This document shows, in pieces, positions 24,749 to 39,250 of a stretch of DNA of 64,000 nt. A program made the position numbers and the translations under genes. The DNA comes from Eledone cirrhosa. Lineage: Eukaryota. The stretch lies in contig OZ024740.1 of the NCBI GenBank assembly GCA_964016885.1, positions 154,070,001 through 154,134,000 on the forward strand. Reading direction: 5' to 3'. The notes under the pieces were generated by a model. It saw only the letters and a list, made by a program, of their open reading frames with translations, was not told the origin of the DNA and made no database searches. Each line of letters starts with the position of its first letter. The first letter of the stretch is position 1.

Positions 24749-27502
24749 ATTATCAAGTGCTACAATATCATTTAAAAAAGGTATGCCAATAACAAAAACA
24801 TATACTAATTCCTAATCTCACCTGTACTTAGTGAAAAAATAACTTTCTTATTCTTATTCTTATCCTATTATCAGTCTCGGAGGACCTAAAAGAGCCATGG
24901 CTGCTACAATATCATAAAAAAGGTTTGTACTTCCCTAACATTTTTATTTGAAAAGTTGTAACTTTGTACTTAACCGAATTATATCCATATCCCTCAAAGC
25001 CTTTAGCCTGGTTGATAGACAAATTGCTAAACTATGTAAGTCGTATTAGAAATATATACAAAGGATTATCCTTTGCCATTATGGAATTAATTAAAAGTGT
25101 CACTTCGGGTCATCTATGAAGTCCGATAGGAATAGCATCCAAATCTTTTGTAACCCACACTTTAGCGCCTTTAAAACAAAAGCTCAATATTGGCACAGTA
25201 GTATTAGATACACAGAACATCTAAAAAAAAAAGAAAGACGGGGTTTTCACAGCTGAAACGAAGTTGATTATATATCTTCTTGATCACAGCTGCCGGAGAA
25301 GAAAGAACATAAACTACAAGTTGTTATTTTTGTTGTTGCTATTGCTGCTTCTTCTACAGTAATTGTTGTTGTGGCTGTTGTTGTTATTGATACTGTTGTT
25401 TTTTATTGTGTTGTTGCTGCCATTGCTGCTTCAGCTACAGTTGTTTTAATGTTATTGTTGTTGTTGCTGTTGTATTTGCTGCTGCTGCAGTTGTTATTGT
25501 TGGTATTATTGTTGTTGTTGCTGTTGTATTTGCTGCTGCTGCAGTTGTTATTGTTGGTATTATTGTTGTTGTTGCTGCTGCCTGTTACACCCAAACAAAC
25601 CTTGATTGATAAATGAATAAAATTTTGTTTGAAATCAAAATCAAATTAAGTTAGGTTCTTGATTTTGTTCTTTCGTATTGTTTTCTCTTGATTAGGCAGA
25701 AGGCCAACTTAGCAATCACGGGTATATACTCGATTGTGTGACCCCCAACTACCGTGTTCTATATAACTAACATATATTTTTATCGTCCCTGGAGAGATGA
25801 GAGACTAAGTTAACCAAGGGAAAATTAGAATGAAGAATCACAGTTCGTCAAGAGAGGAGGTGCAGTACCCTTGATCTCTACCTTATCTTCTCTTCCTACA
25901 GAAGTAAGAGGACTCGTGCAGACGATATCTAGCTTAAATGTCTGCATGTCAATCTCTTCATGATAAACGTAGGCATGTAGTTTGTAACAGAATTGTCTGT
26001 AAGTATATTTGCATGTATGTGCTCACAAGTGTCTGTATATGTGTTTTGAGTGATAAAAGGAGAGTGAATAACATTATCAATTAATATTACACGATTTTGT
26101 TTTGCCTTCCAAATTAAGATCCGTTTACTGAAAGGATTTATAGTTACTGTTTATAACCAGGCAAGTCGTGATTTCGCTGACATAGCGTAAGTCTACAAGA
26201 ACTGACAAAACATCTTTTTGTGTATGAGGGATTACAGTCCCTAATGAATCCTTCCATGGGTGGGAGAGTAACTTGTTATAATGTGAACTACACGTAATCT
26301 ACCCAAGGACAAACAGGGCGGAATGTTAGGCCTACTATCCTTAGTCTAGAACATTTTTGCAACTTTTTTTTCTCTTTTATATAGAAAATCCATAGTGATA
26401 TATTTTACATTTAAATCACTCGGAAACATTTCCTGTAAATCATTAAAGTTCATGCTACATGTTTCTTTTGTTTGTATGAAGAAGTTCAAAATATATGCAA
26501 GAAGAAAAAGAAAAATACAGAAAAAAAGGAAGCAAGAGTGATATAATCGCAAAGGTCATATGTATACATATGTCCTTTGTTTTTTTAGTTATTAAGAAAA
26601 AGACTGTAATTCTCTATATATCTTGTATTTGTTTTTCTTTGAAAGCAATTTCATATTTAAATGGTAAATTGTTTACTATTCGAATGCATATATTTTGCTA
26701 TCATTAGCTACTGACGTCAACAAAACCACTGTCAACACTGCTGCTGATGAAGATGATGGTGTATTGTTGTTGTTGCTGCTGTCGTCGTCGCCGCCGTTAC
26801 CATCATAAAGTCTTATCCATAACGTCCTGTAAATATTCCTGTTCCAACTACTGAGGAACAGGAATATTTGTACTGAATCACATTAACGTCGTGCGGACTA
26901 TTTCACACAAAAGCCAACAAACAGCAGTGGGCTTCGTTTCTTTGCTTGTTGATTTTACTTCTACTGCTGCTGCTGTTGTTGTTGTCTTTGTTGATGTTGT
27001 TGCCTTTGGTGTTCTTCTGTTGTTGTTTTACCACAAGTTAATATTGATCGAGTAGATGTTACGATCAAATACATATCGATTTATAATTACTAAATCTCCA
27101 ACCCATAAAGCTTCATGTCAAAGGTGAAATCAAGAAAAGGATCAGAATCTTTATGAAAACAATAGTCTCCAAGTATCAAGACGGCGGACAATCATCCTAC
27201 AGACCAGGGCAGAGGTTGATTTCAGCTTTTCATTCTTCCACACTCAATAAAAATAGCTACCAGTCACATGCGGAGACCAAATAATATTAAAAACCATTGT
27301 TTGTTTTCCATGCACAATATTCTTTGTGGTATTAAGTTACAGCCATTTAGATTCTGAATTCTAATTTCGCCGAAGTGAAATTATCCTTTTATGATTTTAA
27401 AGTCAATAAAATAAAGGAACAATCAAATACTAAAGTTTATATAGTCGACAGTCCCCTCCGCCAAAAAGTTTATTGCTTATATTAAAAATAATCATTACTA
27501 TT

Positions 27503-27686
27503 GCGATGGATTGGCAGTATCGGTAGAGGGTCAGACGTCATGCTTTGACGTATAGAATTACGGCCCTTGCCATTCTGAGTTCAAATCCCGCCGAAGTTAA
27601 CTTTGCCTTTCATATTTACGGGGTCGATAAAATAAAGTACCAGTAATGCACTGAGTAATTGTGGCCTTGTGCCAAAAGTAGAAACA
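27503..27686 (+). mobile_element. SINE family 1 (OK-like)
   Basis: Matches 24564-24748; followed by (ATT)-like tail. Confidence 0.8.
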
Positions 27687-28871
27687 ACTATTATTATCAT
27701 TTCTTATCTCTGGAAGATGTGCTACGTATAACTCAACATTTCATCAGAAATACATGCCGAGCTGAAGAGACTTTTTTTCTCATGAACAGAGTAGTAGGCT
27801 TTTTATTACTGGCATATTTTGTCTGATTCATAAAGAAAACTATAATTTGCCAAATAAATTTTTCCGGCGTTAGACATTTCAAACATAGCGAGTATAACAG
27901 TACACACACCCTAAATTGCAACAACAGCAAATAAACAAAGAAACAAAAGTCATGCAAACATAATAATAGTTATTTCTACCTTTAATAATACATAGGAAAA
28001 AATGTAATTTTAACTGGCAAATACATCACTCAATATGAGAGACAGAAACAATATATAAACCAAAATTCTAAATGAGAAAATAACAGCAATAACAAATTCT
28101 AATTTGTTTCTGTTGTCAGCAGCAAGGAAATTTTGTATATGACTCAACGAGCGGAATGATGTAGTACAATTATGTAACCATTTCAATGTTTTTTTCTTGG
28201 GGCTGTTACACGGTGGAAAAGGAGGAGAGTAACTTACTTCTGTTTCGTAAAGGAAAGAAAGAATTTTCAATTGCCCTCAAAGGAACCAAACTTTTGAAGG
28301 AAATCATGGACAATAAATGAAAAGATGTAGCTCACATCGAACGCAGTAGAATATACGGATGTACCTACCTGGTCTTCAAGACCGAGATTAAGATGAGGAG
28401 TGTGAAGGAGATAGTGCGTTACGCGCCCGTAGGATTATGCCGTAGATATGAGTCAGTGTAATAAATGGTTGACAGCCAGGATAAGTAGCAGTAAGATTGG
28501 CACCTGGTTCGGTGCCACCTTTGTAGTGCAATGTATAACGTCTCTGACCTATCACTTTAATTTCTATATAATTTGAGATCGATAAAAAATTGTTCCGCAA
28601 AATTGCTAGCCTTGTGCCTATGTTAGAGATCGTTAACTGTAGTAGTGGTATTAGTATTATTATTATTGGTCGAAGCGGACGTATTTTGCTCGCTCCCAGT
28701 AAGTCGCTTTATTTGCCTGTTAAAATTATTTGTTGTTAAATATTTCTTGTTGTGTAAGGGATATAAGCCCTTAGACTTTGCCTTGTGAAGGGGAAAGTAT
28801 AATATTTGGGCCTTTGGGCCCAAATATTTGAATTTTTTTTACATGTTAAAACATTTACGGAGAAAAAAAAC

Positions 28872-30840
28872 ATGGCTGAGCCACGCCACCCAGCGATATG
28901 TCTGCTGTCGTGCGACAACGACGTGGAAGTTGAGAGGAGCGCTACAGCGAAATTAACACAAATTGATAACACAAACACCACCACAAACAATGTAAACAAA
29001 GACACCAATGATACCAATGAGAACTCTAATTTTGAAAAAAATTACAGTAACAGCGACAACGAAAATACAGATAACAAAAAAAAAATAACAAATACAACAA
29101 CAATATCAACACCACTAACATGAAAACAAATAGCGACAACACCAACAGCAACAATACCAACTGCACCGAGAACAACGGTGGCAACAAAGACAACAATGAT
29201 AACAGCGACAGTGCTAACAACAACACCAACAAGAACAACGACAACGACCACAAAACCCCCAACGAAAACAAGAAGAACACTTTCGCTGCGGCAGCAGCAT
29301 AAAAGAGACCATGCTTCAACATGGACCTCTCAAACAAAAATGAAAAGTTGGCCCAGGCATGGAAGCTCATCAAGAAAGAGCAAACCTGGGCCAACTTAAC
29401 TGTCCCGGTAGAAGCTATTGAGGCAGTGGAGCGCAGAACGGTGCATTATAGATGCATCTCAGCACAAACAAAAAGGGCAGCTTTAATCCCACAAGAAGAT
29501 GTGGAAGTCGCGCTGAGGTGCATCAGAGAAGACACCGAATACATAGAGAGGGGCAGACAGTACGGCACCATTTCGGTGTTGTTCAAGTCAGAAGCCCTCA
29601 CTATGAAACACGCTCGCTATGACTCCTTGCAAAACCAGCAAGGTCATAATGTACCCCTCCCACATGGGAAAAAGAACGGCCCGTCTCTGCATTCCCAGAA
29701 TACCACCAGGACTTGACATGTGGTGGCTTCTGGGATGTGTGATTGTGGAGGGGACGGATACCATCCCTGTAGAAGTGACCAGAACGGCCAGAGAGGACTG
29801 GTCCGGGGTTGACCTGGAGATCCTTCTCCAGATCAGGCCCGAGAATGTGAAGACAATCCCGGACCACACCCGCCTTCAGAATGTGACGGTCATTCACATT
29901 ATGACCGAAGGCAAAAGGCCGCAGTGTTTTGTTTGTGGGGAAAAAACCCATTTGCGAGCCTTCTGCCCTCAACTGCTGAAAGAGGCAAGGGGTCGAAAGG
30001 CTCCACTGCTGCAGACGCCGGGGCGAGGACCACAACCAACACCAGCACCGGCAAAACCACCAACAACAACACCAATAGAAAGACAACCACCAACATTGAC
30101 CAAACGAGGAAAGCTGTCAAATTCCCCCTCGCCCCCAAAATACACACACCAATAAAACCATAAACATACATACAGACACACTTACAGACACAGACCCCTC
30201 ATCTACCAGTAGTGAAGATGAGGGAAAACCAAAATCCCCCAAAATACAAAAAAGTAAACACAAAAAGAAAAAAAAACTCAACAAAGCACAAAATCACCCA
30301 CAATAAAAACGCAGACACCACCCACGCAAACATCTCTCCAATAACACCAACATCAACACCACCATCACCAGAATCCCCCAACGCAAACAACCTAAACAGA
30401 CGCAAGAACAAATACACACACAAACATCTGAAACCACAGTCACCGCACTCACAACAAACACAGACACAACCGAAACAACACCACCAAAACCATCACCACC
30501 ACAGCCACGCAAACAAATAAAATCACACCAACAAAACATACAAAACTTCGTGCTCGTCAGGAGGGCCAACAAGGAACTGATGACCCTCGTAGCACGAAGT
30601 GAAAATATACAAAAAGAGGGGGAAATTTTTAAATCGAGCACATTTCGCGTGCCGGAAGATTTGGTTCTGGTGCGAATGTCGCTCGATCTATTCAAAGAAA
30701 TACGAAAACAGCTTTCTCGGGACGTGGGAACCCCGAACGTAAAACCCACTTCAAGACTTTTAAAGGGGTTCCCAAAAGAAACTCCACCAACTATGGAGGT
30801 CGAACAACCCGACCTTCACAAGAGCCCGGAAGGTAAGTAA
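28872..30840 (+). pseudogene. Tx1-like ORF1 (frameshifted), Asn/Thr-rich low-complexity flanks, CCHC knuckle
   Basis: CFVCGEKTHLRAFC; several short overlapping ORFs. Confidence 0.7.
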
Positions 30841-30871
30841 ACCTTGCTCTCTCTCTTTTTAACCTGCCAAC

Positions 30872-33800
30872 ATGGCCGTATTAAGAGTAGGATGTTTAAA
30901 TGTTCGAGGTCTGGGATCGTCCTGGAAGCAGGGTCACCTGCTCAACGACCTCAGGTCTATAGAAATGGATGTAATTGCCGTCAGCGAGGCCAGGATTTCC
31001 GACACGCGCGCACTAGCCCCCATTTTCGATGACTATCAGATCTTTGCATCTGTTAGCCGGCCGGGAATGGGAGGCGAGGTGGCAGTGCTGTTTAGGAAAT
31101 GCCTGGATATCGAGTTAAGGTCGATCTTCCGGGACCAGGACGGGAAGTTGGGTGTCCTGGACGTGAACAATAACGAAGCTGGTGCCTTTAGACTGGTAGC
31201 CGTCTATGCTCCTACTGGGGCAGGATGGCCGGACTTCTTTAGACGCCTGGAAGCCTTTCTGGGTACGTCTCGCCATTTATGTTAGCGGGGGTAGACGCAC
31301 GCTGGAACTGTGTGGGAGTAGCCGATAGGAGCGGGGGATGCAAAAGCCTCAAGAACCTGATCAGCCAGTCCCAACTGTCTGACAGGTACCGACTAGATTT
31401 CCCTAATGCGCCCGTGTGGACCTGGGCTAACCGCATAGGGTCATCTTGATCGTATATAGACAGGATATTCATTAGGAAAATAGACAGAAATAGTGTAAGC
31501 TGTCCACGTTTTGAAACGGTCGCCTATTCAGATCACAAGTTTGTGATCTGTATGGTAGACCTAGATAAGACGCGTAGGTTAGGACCTGGTTATTGGAAGC
31601 TAAACATGTCATTTCCGGCACGTAAAGCTTACAGGGACCAGGTCAACAATTTAATTAAGAAAAAGTTGACAGGGGGAGTCGTCAACAATAGATGGTGGGG
31701 GGCTCTCAAAAGAGAGATTAGAGTAATGTCGATAGAGTTTAGCAAAGAAGTAGCGTTAGAGAAAAATAGAAAGGAGGAGGGGTTGGTAGATAAGTTAGAC
31801 GAGACTATTGGTAGTGGCATTGCAACTGACGTGCTAGTGGCGAGAATGGCATTAGACCATTTCTTCAATGCGAAACACGAAGGTTGCATTGTCAGAGCTA
31901 AGGCGCGTGCTCTGAGAAACGAGGGAACCAAAGCTGTTCGATGGGCCCGCGTGGAAGAGGCGCAGCGTGGTAATAAAACCACAATTCGGCCTTTGACGGA
32001 CCGAGACGGGCACGAGCTGAGCGATTCCAAGAGGATGTGTGAAGCCTTTCGCCAACATTTTGCTCGGTTGTTCGGGGAAGTGGCGGGTCAGAGATGGTGG
32101 CGGACTTCAGTCCCTACCCCGATGGCTTGCCACAACTCTCGACGGCTGACGCTGGGCGCTGCGAAAGGCCAATTACTTCAACCGAGATTCAGGATGCCTT
32201 TGTCGGCTGCAAGAGGCGCAAGTCACCCGGTTTGGATGGTCTTCCCTACGAGCTTTACGTAAATATGCCAGACTTGTTCTCCAATCTCCTCGAAGCCCTC
32301 TATTGCAACTGGAAGCAAAACGGGAGTATTCCCAGTTCTGTGAGCCGTGGCGTAGTGACGCTGATAAGGAAAGACGAGAACAAGAGGGACACATTAGATA
32401 ATTTCAGGGTCGTAACTCTGCTAAACACAGAGTTTAAGATTTTGGCCAGGGTGTTAGCGAAGAGGCTGGCGCTTGTCGTCGGGGATTTGGTTGGGGAGGC
32501 GCAAACTTGCGCAATCCCAACCAGGTCCATACACGACAACCTCCACCTAATGCGATACATCATAGAGAGGGTAGGGTGTAAACCTGGCTTCGGTGGGGCT
32601 CTGATCAATTTAGATCAATCGAAAGCATTCGATAGGGTCGACCATCGGTACCTGGAGGCTGTCCTCAAGGCGGCTGGCTTCGGTCCCGTCTTCAGAAGCT
32701 GGATCGCTGCAATACACAGCGGCACCTGCTCGATGGTCAAAATTAAAGGCCACCTCTCGGAACCGTTTCAGGTCTCCCGATCGGTCCGTCAAGGGTGGCC
32801 TCTCTCCTCCCTTCTGTACGTATTGACTCTCGAGCCTTTACTACGGAAGCTGGAGCTGTTGCAGGGCATCCCGCTCGAACCGGGACGCGGAAAGACTGTG
32901 TCGGCTTATGCGGACGACATCACCGTGATGGTATCGGACACCTCAGAAATCGAGGTGGTCGGCAACTTATTGGAGGAATATGAAAGGTTGACGGGAGCAA
33001 ACCTTAAAACGGAAAAGTCGGCGGGCTTGCAGCTCGGCACCTGGAGAGGCAAGTCCATGCCGTCCAACAGCGTCGTTAGGCGCTGGACGGACGGACCGGT
33101 AAAGTTGCTAGAGGTTTGGTTCGGGCCAGACCTCCAGGTGGATAAGAATTGGGACGAGGTGACGGGCAGGGTAGCCAGTCTCACCCAGAAATGGGCTGGG
33201 ATGAAGCTATCACTGAAAGGTCGGGCGGAGGTGGCGAACGCGTACGTCGTGTCCGTCATCTACTGACGTCTGACCGTCGTCCCTTGCCCCCCTTCGCGCC
33301 TCGCCATCTTGGAGCGGCTCCTCTTCAAATTCATGTGGAGGGGTCAGGTTCCGCTGGTGAGGCGGTCCATCTGCTGCCAGCACCCTCTACGTCGAGAGCT
33401 GGGCATGCCAAGGCTAATGATGCGCAGGCACGCGCTGAGGCTGCGGCATCTCCAGATATTCTGCCTAAACGGTGAACAGGTGTGGTCGCCGTTTGTCAGA
33501 CGGGCCTTTCCGCAGCTCGTTTCTTTGACTGAGCTGCAGTCCTGGGTCAAGAAGATACCGAGACTGGGTGACTGGCATCTGGAATGTTGCCAGGCACTCA
33601 CTGCCCTCTACCAGGCGGGCAATGCGGTCAGTGGAACTTCCACTCTCGATTTCTATAGAGGATTAGTGGTGGGCAAGTGCGACGACGCACTCGGAGAGGC
33701 TCTGGGAGTCAACGAAGTCGAACTAACCAGTCTGTACCGGAGGACTTTCGAGCCAGGGACGATGGATAATTTCCAAAAATCCCTCGTTTGGCAGTGCTAC

Positions 33801-34291
33801 CGGGGGGGGGGGGGGGCACTGCCGGTTCGAGATAAACTCTACAGGTACGGAAGTGCTGGCAGACGGATCTCCCTGAGATGCGCGCAGAGCGACAAAACCG
33901 TTCTGCACGCACTCGTCCTGTGTCCGTGCATTACTGACTTGTGGAGTTATGTTGAACAGCTGTTGTCGGGTGTAGAACGGATCTGGCTATCGGCCGAGTC
34001 CATAGTGAAGATCGACCCGCCGCCTTCTTTTGGCCAGGAAGGGCAGGCAATTTTCCTCTGTCTGGTGGCAGTAGCGAAAGAGGTTGTATGGTGGACGAGG
34101 TTGAAAGGACTGAAGACAGACTCTTTTCTCTTCGGCCAATCCCTCATCAACTTTTTCAAGTTTCCCTTGGAAAGGAAGGTGGGGGTGGAGAGAGAAGTGA
34201 TGCCCCCTCCTCCAGTACATTTGCTGAAAGGTGGGTGAATGTGGGGAGAATGGCCCGTGTGAGTGGGCCTACTCTGGTCATGTGGCTGTAG
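30872..34291 (+). pseudogene. Tx1-like ORF2 APE endonuclease plus reverse transcriptase (disrupted)
   Basis: CLNVRGL, VYAP, SDH, GPGYWKLN, KSPGLDGLPYE, DQSKAFDRV, VRQG.PLS, AYADD, C-terminal C..C....H...C. Confidence 0.9.
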
Positions 34292-35618
34292 GTAGGTAAA
34301 TTTGAGGAGGAAAGGGGTGCCCTTCCAGGGTGCTCTCGAAGCGTCGGGTCGTTCAGGACTGGTGGGGTACCTGAGCGAACCCTGGATGGTCATCATCCCT
34401 ATTGGGGAATTTTTTCTTGTAATTTTCTTGTTACTTTATTGTTACTTTGTTATTGTTATTCATATTGTTTACTCGATTTTTCTGTAAAACCCCACTGTCC
34501 CAATCTTTTGTATTGTCCCCTATATGTCGGCCCTTGTGGCCAATAAATGAAATCATTATTATTATTAGTAGTAGTAGTGGTGGTGGTGGTGGTTTGTGGT
34601 ATAGGTGAAGGTAACTCTAGCTGTACGGTCGTATGTGGCATCGCTAGCTTTGGAATGAGGATGGCAATGTATTAGAATTAATTGGAAATACGTCGTACAA
34701 CATATTGCACTGAAGAGGCACAGAATAGTTGTCATGGTATGGGTCGGGGTTCGAATTCTGCATTTGTCAAGTAGGAGAGTGCAATCTTTACTTCGTTGTT
34801 ATTTTGAGATTCATTCCGTTATTGTTTTTGGTATTTTTACTATAATTTCTATTTCATATTAATTAGGTTCAAATTCCACTGCGGTCGACATTGACCTTCA
34901 TTCTTCCCAAATCGACAAAATAAGTAGTAGTTGAGTACTAGTTCGATTTAAATATACCCATATACCTCATTTGAGACTTGGTAAGAAATCAATATGTATA
35001 TGGTTCAATGGTGGGGAATTGTCAGAAACGGTAGAATGTCCTTTTGGTATTTATTACGCCGAGTTCCGTTCAAATCGTGTTTAACTTCATCTTTCATATT
35101 TCTGAGATCGATTGAAACAGTACCAGGTAACTATTGGGGTTGGTATAATCAAATTTCCCCTCCCCCCAAGATATTTATAGTCGTGTTTCTGTACTAGAAA
35201 TCATTATTAATTAAGTTCAGCTAACATCCACATTATAGGCACCGAATTAGTAAACCGTTAGAACATCAGATAGAATGTCGGTATTTATTCAGACTCTCTC
35301 TACTAGTTTAAATCTAGCCAAGGTCAGCTTTGCTTCTCATTTTTTCTGGGCTCATTAAATAAAGTATGAGTCATAAACTAGGCTCGATTTCTCTCTCGCT
35401 CTCTCTCTCTCTCATTTTTCTCTTTCCCCCGCCCTCTCTCTTACTCTCTCCCTCACTCTCTCTCAGAAATATCATGGTGGATCACTCTTGAAATTAATAG
35501 GGTTCAGAGGGAGTCTAGCTACTTCTTTTCACTGACAAACTTACGTGCTTATGAGTCGATGTGCAGCACATCATTGAACGGAAATAAAGAAGCAGAACAA
35601 AATAAATATACTAATAAT

Positions 35619-35803
35619 TGTTTCTACTTTAGGCACAAGGCCAGCAATTACCCAGTGCATTACTGGTACTTTATTTTATCGACCCCGTAAGGATGAAAGG
35701 CAAAGTCAACCTCGGCGGGATTTGAACTCAGATCGTAAAGGGACGTAACTATGCTGGAAAGCATGGCGTCCGACCCTCCACCGATACTGCCAATCCACCG
35801 CCC
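35619..35803 (-). mobile_element. SINE family 1 (OK-like), full length
   Basis: 20-bp TSD aaaataaatatactaataat (35599-35618, 35804-35823). Confidence 0.88.
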
Positions 35804-36730
35804 AAAATAAATATACTAATAATGATTTCTAAAATAAGCGCATGCCCACACATTTTGAAAGGAGGTCAGGATCGTTGATTTTAATTGACCTAGTCATTTA
35901 TTAATACTTGCTTTATCGATCTAAAAAGGATGAAAGCCAAATTTAACCCAAGCGGGATTTCTAGCAAAGTCACAAGTTAAAATATATTTCAGATTTCCGC
36001 TAAACACCCTGTTGCTGTTTTGTACATAATTAATGAATTGGTCAAGGAATTTATAGTAAGCTTTCAACTAATTTCAACTAAGTCCTAGTTTGAGTTTTTG
36101 ATATAAATAACAGCTAAATCTCCTTCAAATCACAAGTCAACATTTTTGAATCAAACACATTGGATAATGTGCTCCTGGATTCCCTGAACATAGAAAAAAA
36201 TACAAGATGGTTTCGGCTGGAATGCCTTTGATCATATGTATGCTCAATCAGAGTTGACATGAAGATAAACAACAATAAAAACAACAAATATTTAATTCAC
36301 GCCTTGTATAGTTTATTTCTTTGCAATATATTTCATTGATTTGTATTTTTCTTGCTTTCTTCTGATCTGAAGGAAAGGACGATGGCGGAAGGTTGTGGCG
36401 TCTTTTTTTCCATTTAGAATTTTTATTTGTTTATTTTAATAGAATTTATTATGGAATACTATTGCCGTTCCACTGGTTCGTTTGGCATTTCTGAGAAGGA
36501 AACTACTGAACTGACAATAAAGACATTTAAGTGTCAACAACACCACATTGTAAACTGGAGTTACTTGCTTAGTGTAAATAATTGAAAAATTCCAGTTTAT
36601 CGCCTCTCTCTCTCACCGACTCTCTCATTCTCTTTCTCTCTCCCACTCCGCCTCTTTTGTCCCCTTCCTCATTTTCTCTCATTTATCTTTCCCTACGTCT
36701 CTCTTTCCTTTGCTCTCTCTCTCTCTCTCT

Positions 36731-36781
<51 letters not shown>

Positions 36782-37020
36782 GAATGGGTAACCGAGACTG
36801 CCCTAATATATAGACAGATAAACGTGGCAGAAATACAAATTTCCCTGTAAATTGAAAAAAATGATAAACACCTTTAATTGACTTTCGGAGTAAATTGTGT
36901 GTGCATATATATATATATATATATATTAAAGTGTTAAACAATATTCAATGATTATGTCAAAGAATGAGTTTTACAGTAGATTGGAAGCACTCAACGGAAA
37001 AATTATTTTCTGGAGTTATT

Positions 37021-37270
37021 AATATTAAAATATAAGTATTAATAAAATAGATGTTCTTTTGATCAATTACATTTTATTATACATATTTCGGATGTACAAC
37101 AGTACGTCCTCATCAGACGATTAAATCTTAACCATTTAACATCTCAGGGTATGTCATGTATCATTATATTTTGTCTGATGAGGACGTACTGTTGTACATC
37201 CGAAATATGTATAATAAAATATAATTGATCAAAAGAACATCTATTTTATTAATACTTATATTTTAATATA
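37021..37270. mobile_element. Inverted-repeat element with a hammerhead in each arm
   Basis: Arms 37021-37118 and 37173-37270 are near-perfect reverse complements. Confidence 0.8.
37165..37223 (+). ncRNA. Type I hammerhead ribozyme (mirror copy on minus strand at 37071-37118)
   Basis: attttgt-CTGATGA-ggacgtac-tgtt-gtacatcc-GAAA-tatgtat-A-ataaaat. Confidence 0.82.
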
Positions 37271-37283
37271 TATATATATATAT

Positions 37284-37321
<38 letters not shown>

Positions 37322-37778
37322 CAAGGGAGAAAGAGAGTATATATATATAGTAGTAGTAGTAATAGTAGTAGTAGTAGTAGTAGTAGTTGTAGTATATTGG
37401 AGTTGTATTTGCACATAGGCGACACGTCGAATCATTTAAGGCAATTCCTATACACTTGATGATGCAAGAGAGAAATTCCTGGCATCAAAGTGAACTCAAT
37501 TATATTATTAGACGGAAACACCACCAATAAAAGTTTGGCCGCTTATATGGAAATTACAATAGATAACAACAACAATGACGAATATTAAATGGAAAAGGAA
37601 TATATATATATAGTAACTAGACACACATAAAACGCCCAAGGTGCATATTAATTCGCTTAATCGAAATATTTGTTCGTTGAAAGTGCTGCACAATTATTGG
37701 AGCTATGATATTCATGCGAGAAGATTTGAGGTCATTGAGATGCGTATAAAAATGGAATGGGCATTGTATAATATAGTG

Positions 37779-37962
37779 CAGTGGTTCCAAAAGTGGGTTC
37801 GAGAAGAACCTGAAGGTTCCGCAAAGGAGTGTCTGGGGTTCGTGAAAAATATGTAGAGGAGTATATTTACATTACAACCAATTAGCGGTATTAGACTTTG
37901 GTGTTCCCAAAAGTTTCTGAACCAAAACGTTTTCCGCGTTTGAAAAAGTTTGGGAAACCCTG
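37779..37962. mobile_element. hAT-type MITE
   Basis: TIR cagtggttccaaaa / tttgggaaaccctg; imperfect 8-bp TSD atatagtg / atgtaatg. Confidence 0.65.
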
Positions 37963-38738
37963 ATGTAATGCGTATATATTGGTTATATGTAGGTGTGTAT
38001 GTACGGCTGTGAATTTATATGCGTATTTGTAAGCTTAGGGAGGTGTATGATTGTTGTGAATGAAGTTGACTAGCCGGATTTTAGCCAATCAGATGGTTTG
38101 TACCAACAAATTCAATGGGCCATTCTGGTCATACACAGTATCACGCTGATTCTGCCTTAGGTTTGCATTAAGGATACAAGGGCTAGTCTAATATTTACTA
38201 GCCTACTCTATGATACAATGAATAGGCAGTTCTGTTCATTGAAAACTCAAATGTTCATCACGGAAATTGACGGATATCCACTTAATTTATAACTCTGAAT
38301 TCATTTGTTATAATTTTGTATATGCGAATATGTGGGTGGTCTGTGTATAGATATATGAATGTATGTATTTATGGATTCCTTGTGTGTGGATTCTATGTGC
38401 GTGTTTTGGGCGGGAGGGGTTCGTGTGTGTTTGAATACTGGTGTGACTGAAAGTGTTACTGTGTGTTCTGATGATAGATGGGGCTGATTGTTTGAACTGA
38501 TATATTAGTGAGATTTTTAGCAACATCAACTGGCAAACACCAGTTAAAATTTTATAAAGGGTAAGGCGTTGCACCATTAGGAACAATTAACGAGAGAGGA
38601 TAGTGACAGAGTGGGAGACAGTGAAAAAGAGAGAGGGAGAGAGAGAGATAGCTAGAGAGAGAGAGAAAGTGGGATCGAATGTGCGAGAGATATACGTAGT
38701 ATGCATATATATACACAAACACTTACATACGCTTACAA

Positions 38739-38848
<110 letters not shown>

Positions 38849-38857
38849 GGATCAGCA

Positions 38858-38997
38858 CAATATATAACTACTCCATTACCAAAGGTTTCAGGACTCTAGA
38901 CTATATTAACATACCTCTAGTTCGCTCATCAGCGAACTAGAGGTATGTTAATATTGTCTGGGATCCAGAAACCTTTGGTAATGGAGTAGTTATATTT
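38858..38997 (-). ncRNA. Fold-back element whose apex is the hammerhead CUGAUGA core
   Basis: Near-perfect palindrome centred on tcatcag (38926-38932); minus strand CTGATGA-...ctaga..tctag..-GAAA-cctttggt-A-atggag. Confidence 0.7.
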
Positions 38998-39073
38998 TCT
39001 GTTGTTCACTTTCTAATTAAATAGCTCTCTTCTATACATAGAGCACTCTTTTTTCCTTTGCTTTTTCTTCGAA

Positions 39074-39250
39074 AATACTTCGTAGATGACTTTGTAGGCC
39101 AGCTGTAGATCTGCATGGTTTACGACACAGGAGGCAGAAGAGAGTTGTGCTTTCAACAGGACCGATGGTGTCACCCTGTGGGACACAATCTTCATGAACC
39201 ACCATGTGTCCTTTTAGTCCAGAACTAGTTCTACACGCTTTGTTGCATAC
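39074..39250 (-). pseudogene. Two C2H2-type zinc fingers, likely RTE ORF C-terminus
   Basis: VCNKACRTSSGLKGHMVVH...FCLLCRKPCRSTAGLQSHLR. Confidence 0.55.

Larger units (their letters stand above)
28668..34554 (+). mobile_element. Full-length degenerate L1/Tx1-clade LINE inserted in (ATT)n
   Basis: 5' gaagcggacgt motif; ORF1 with CCHC; ORF2 APE-RT; 3' ggcccttgtggcc-aataaa; attattattatt on both sides. Confidence 0.88.

Noticed and set aside
25440-25580. 54-bp duplication giving hydrophobic ORFs
   Set aside because: Slippage within a (GTT)/(GCT) microsatellite.
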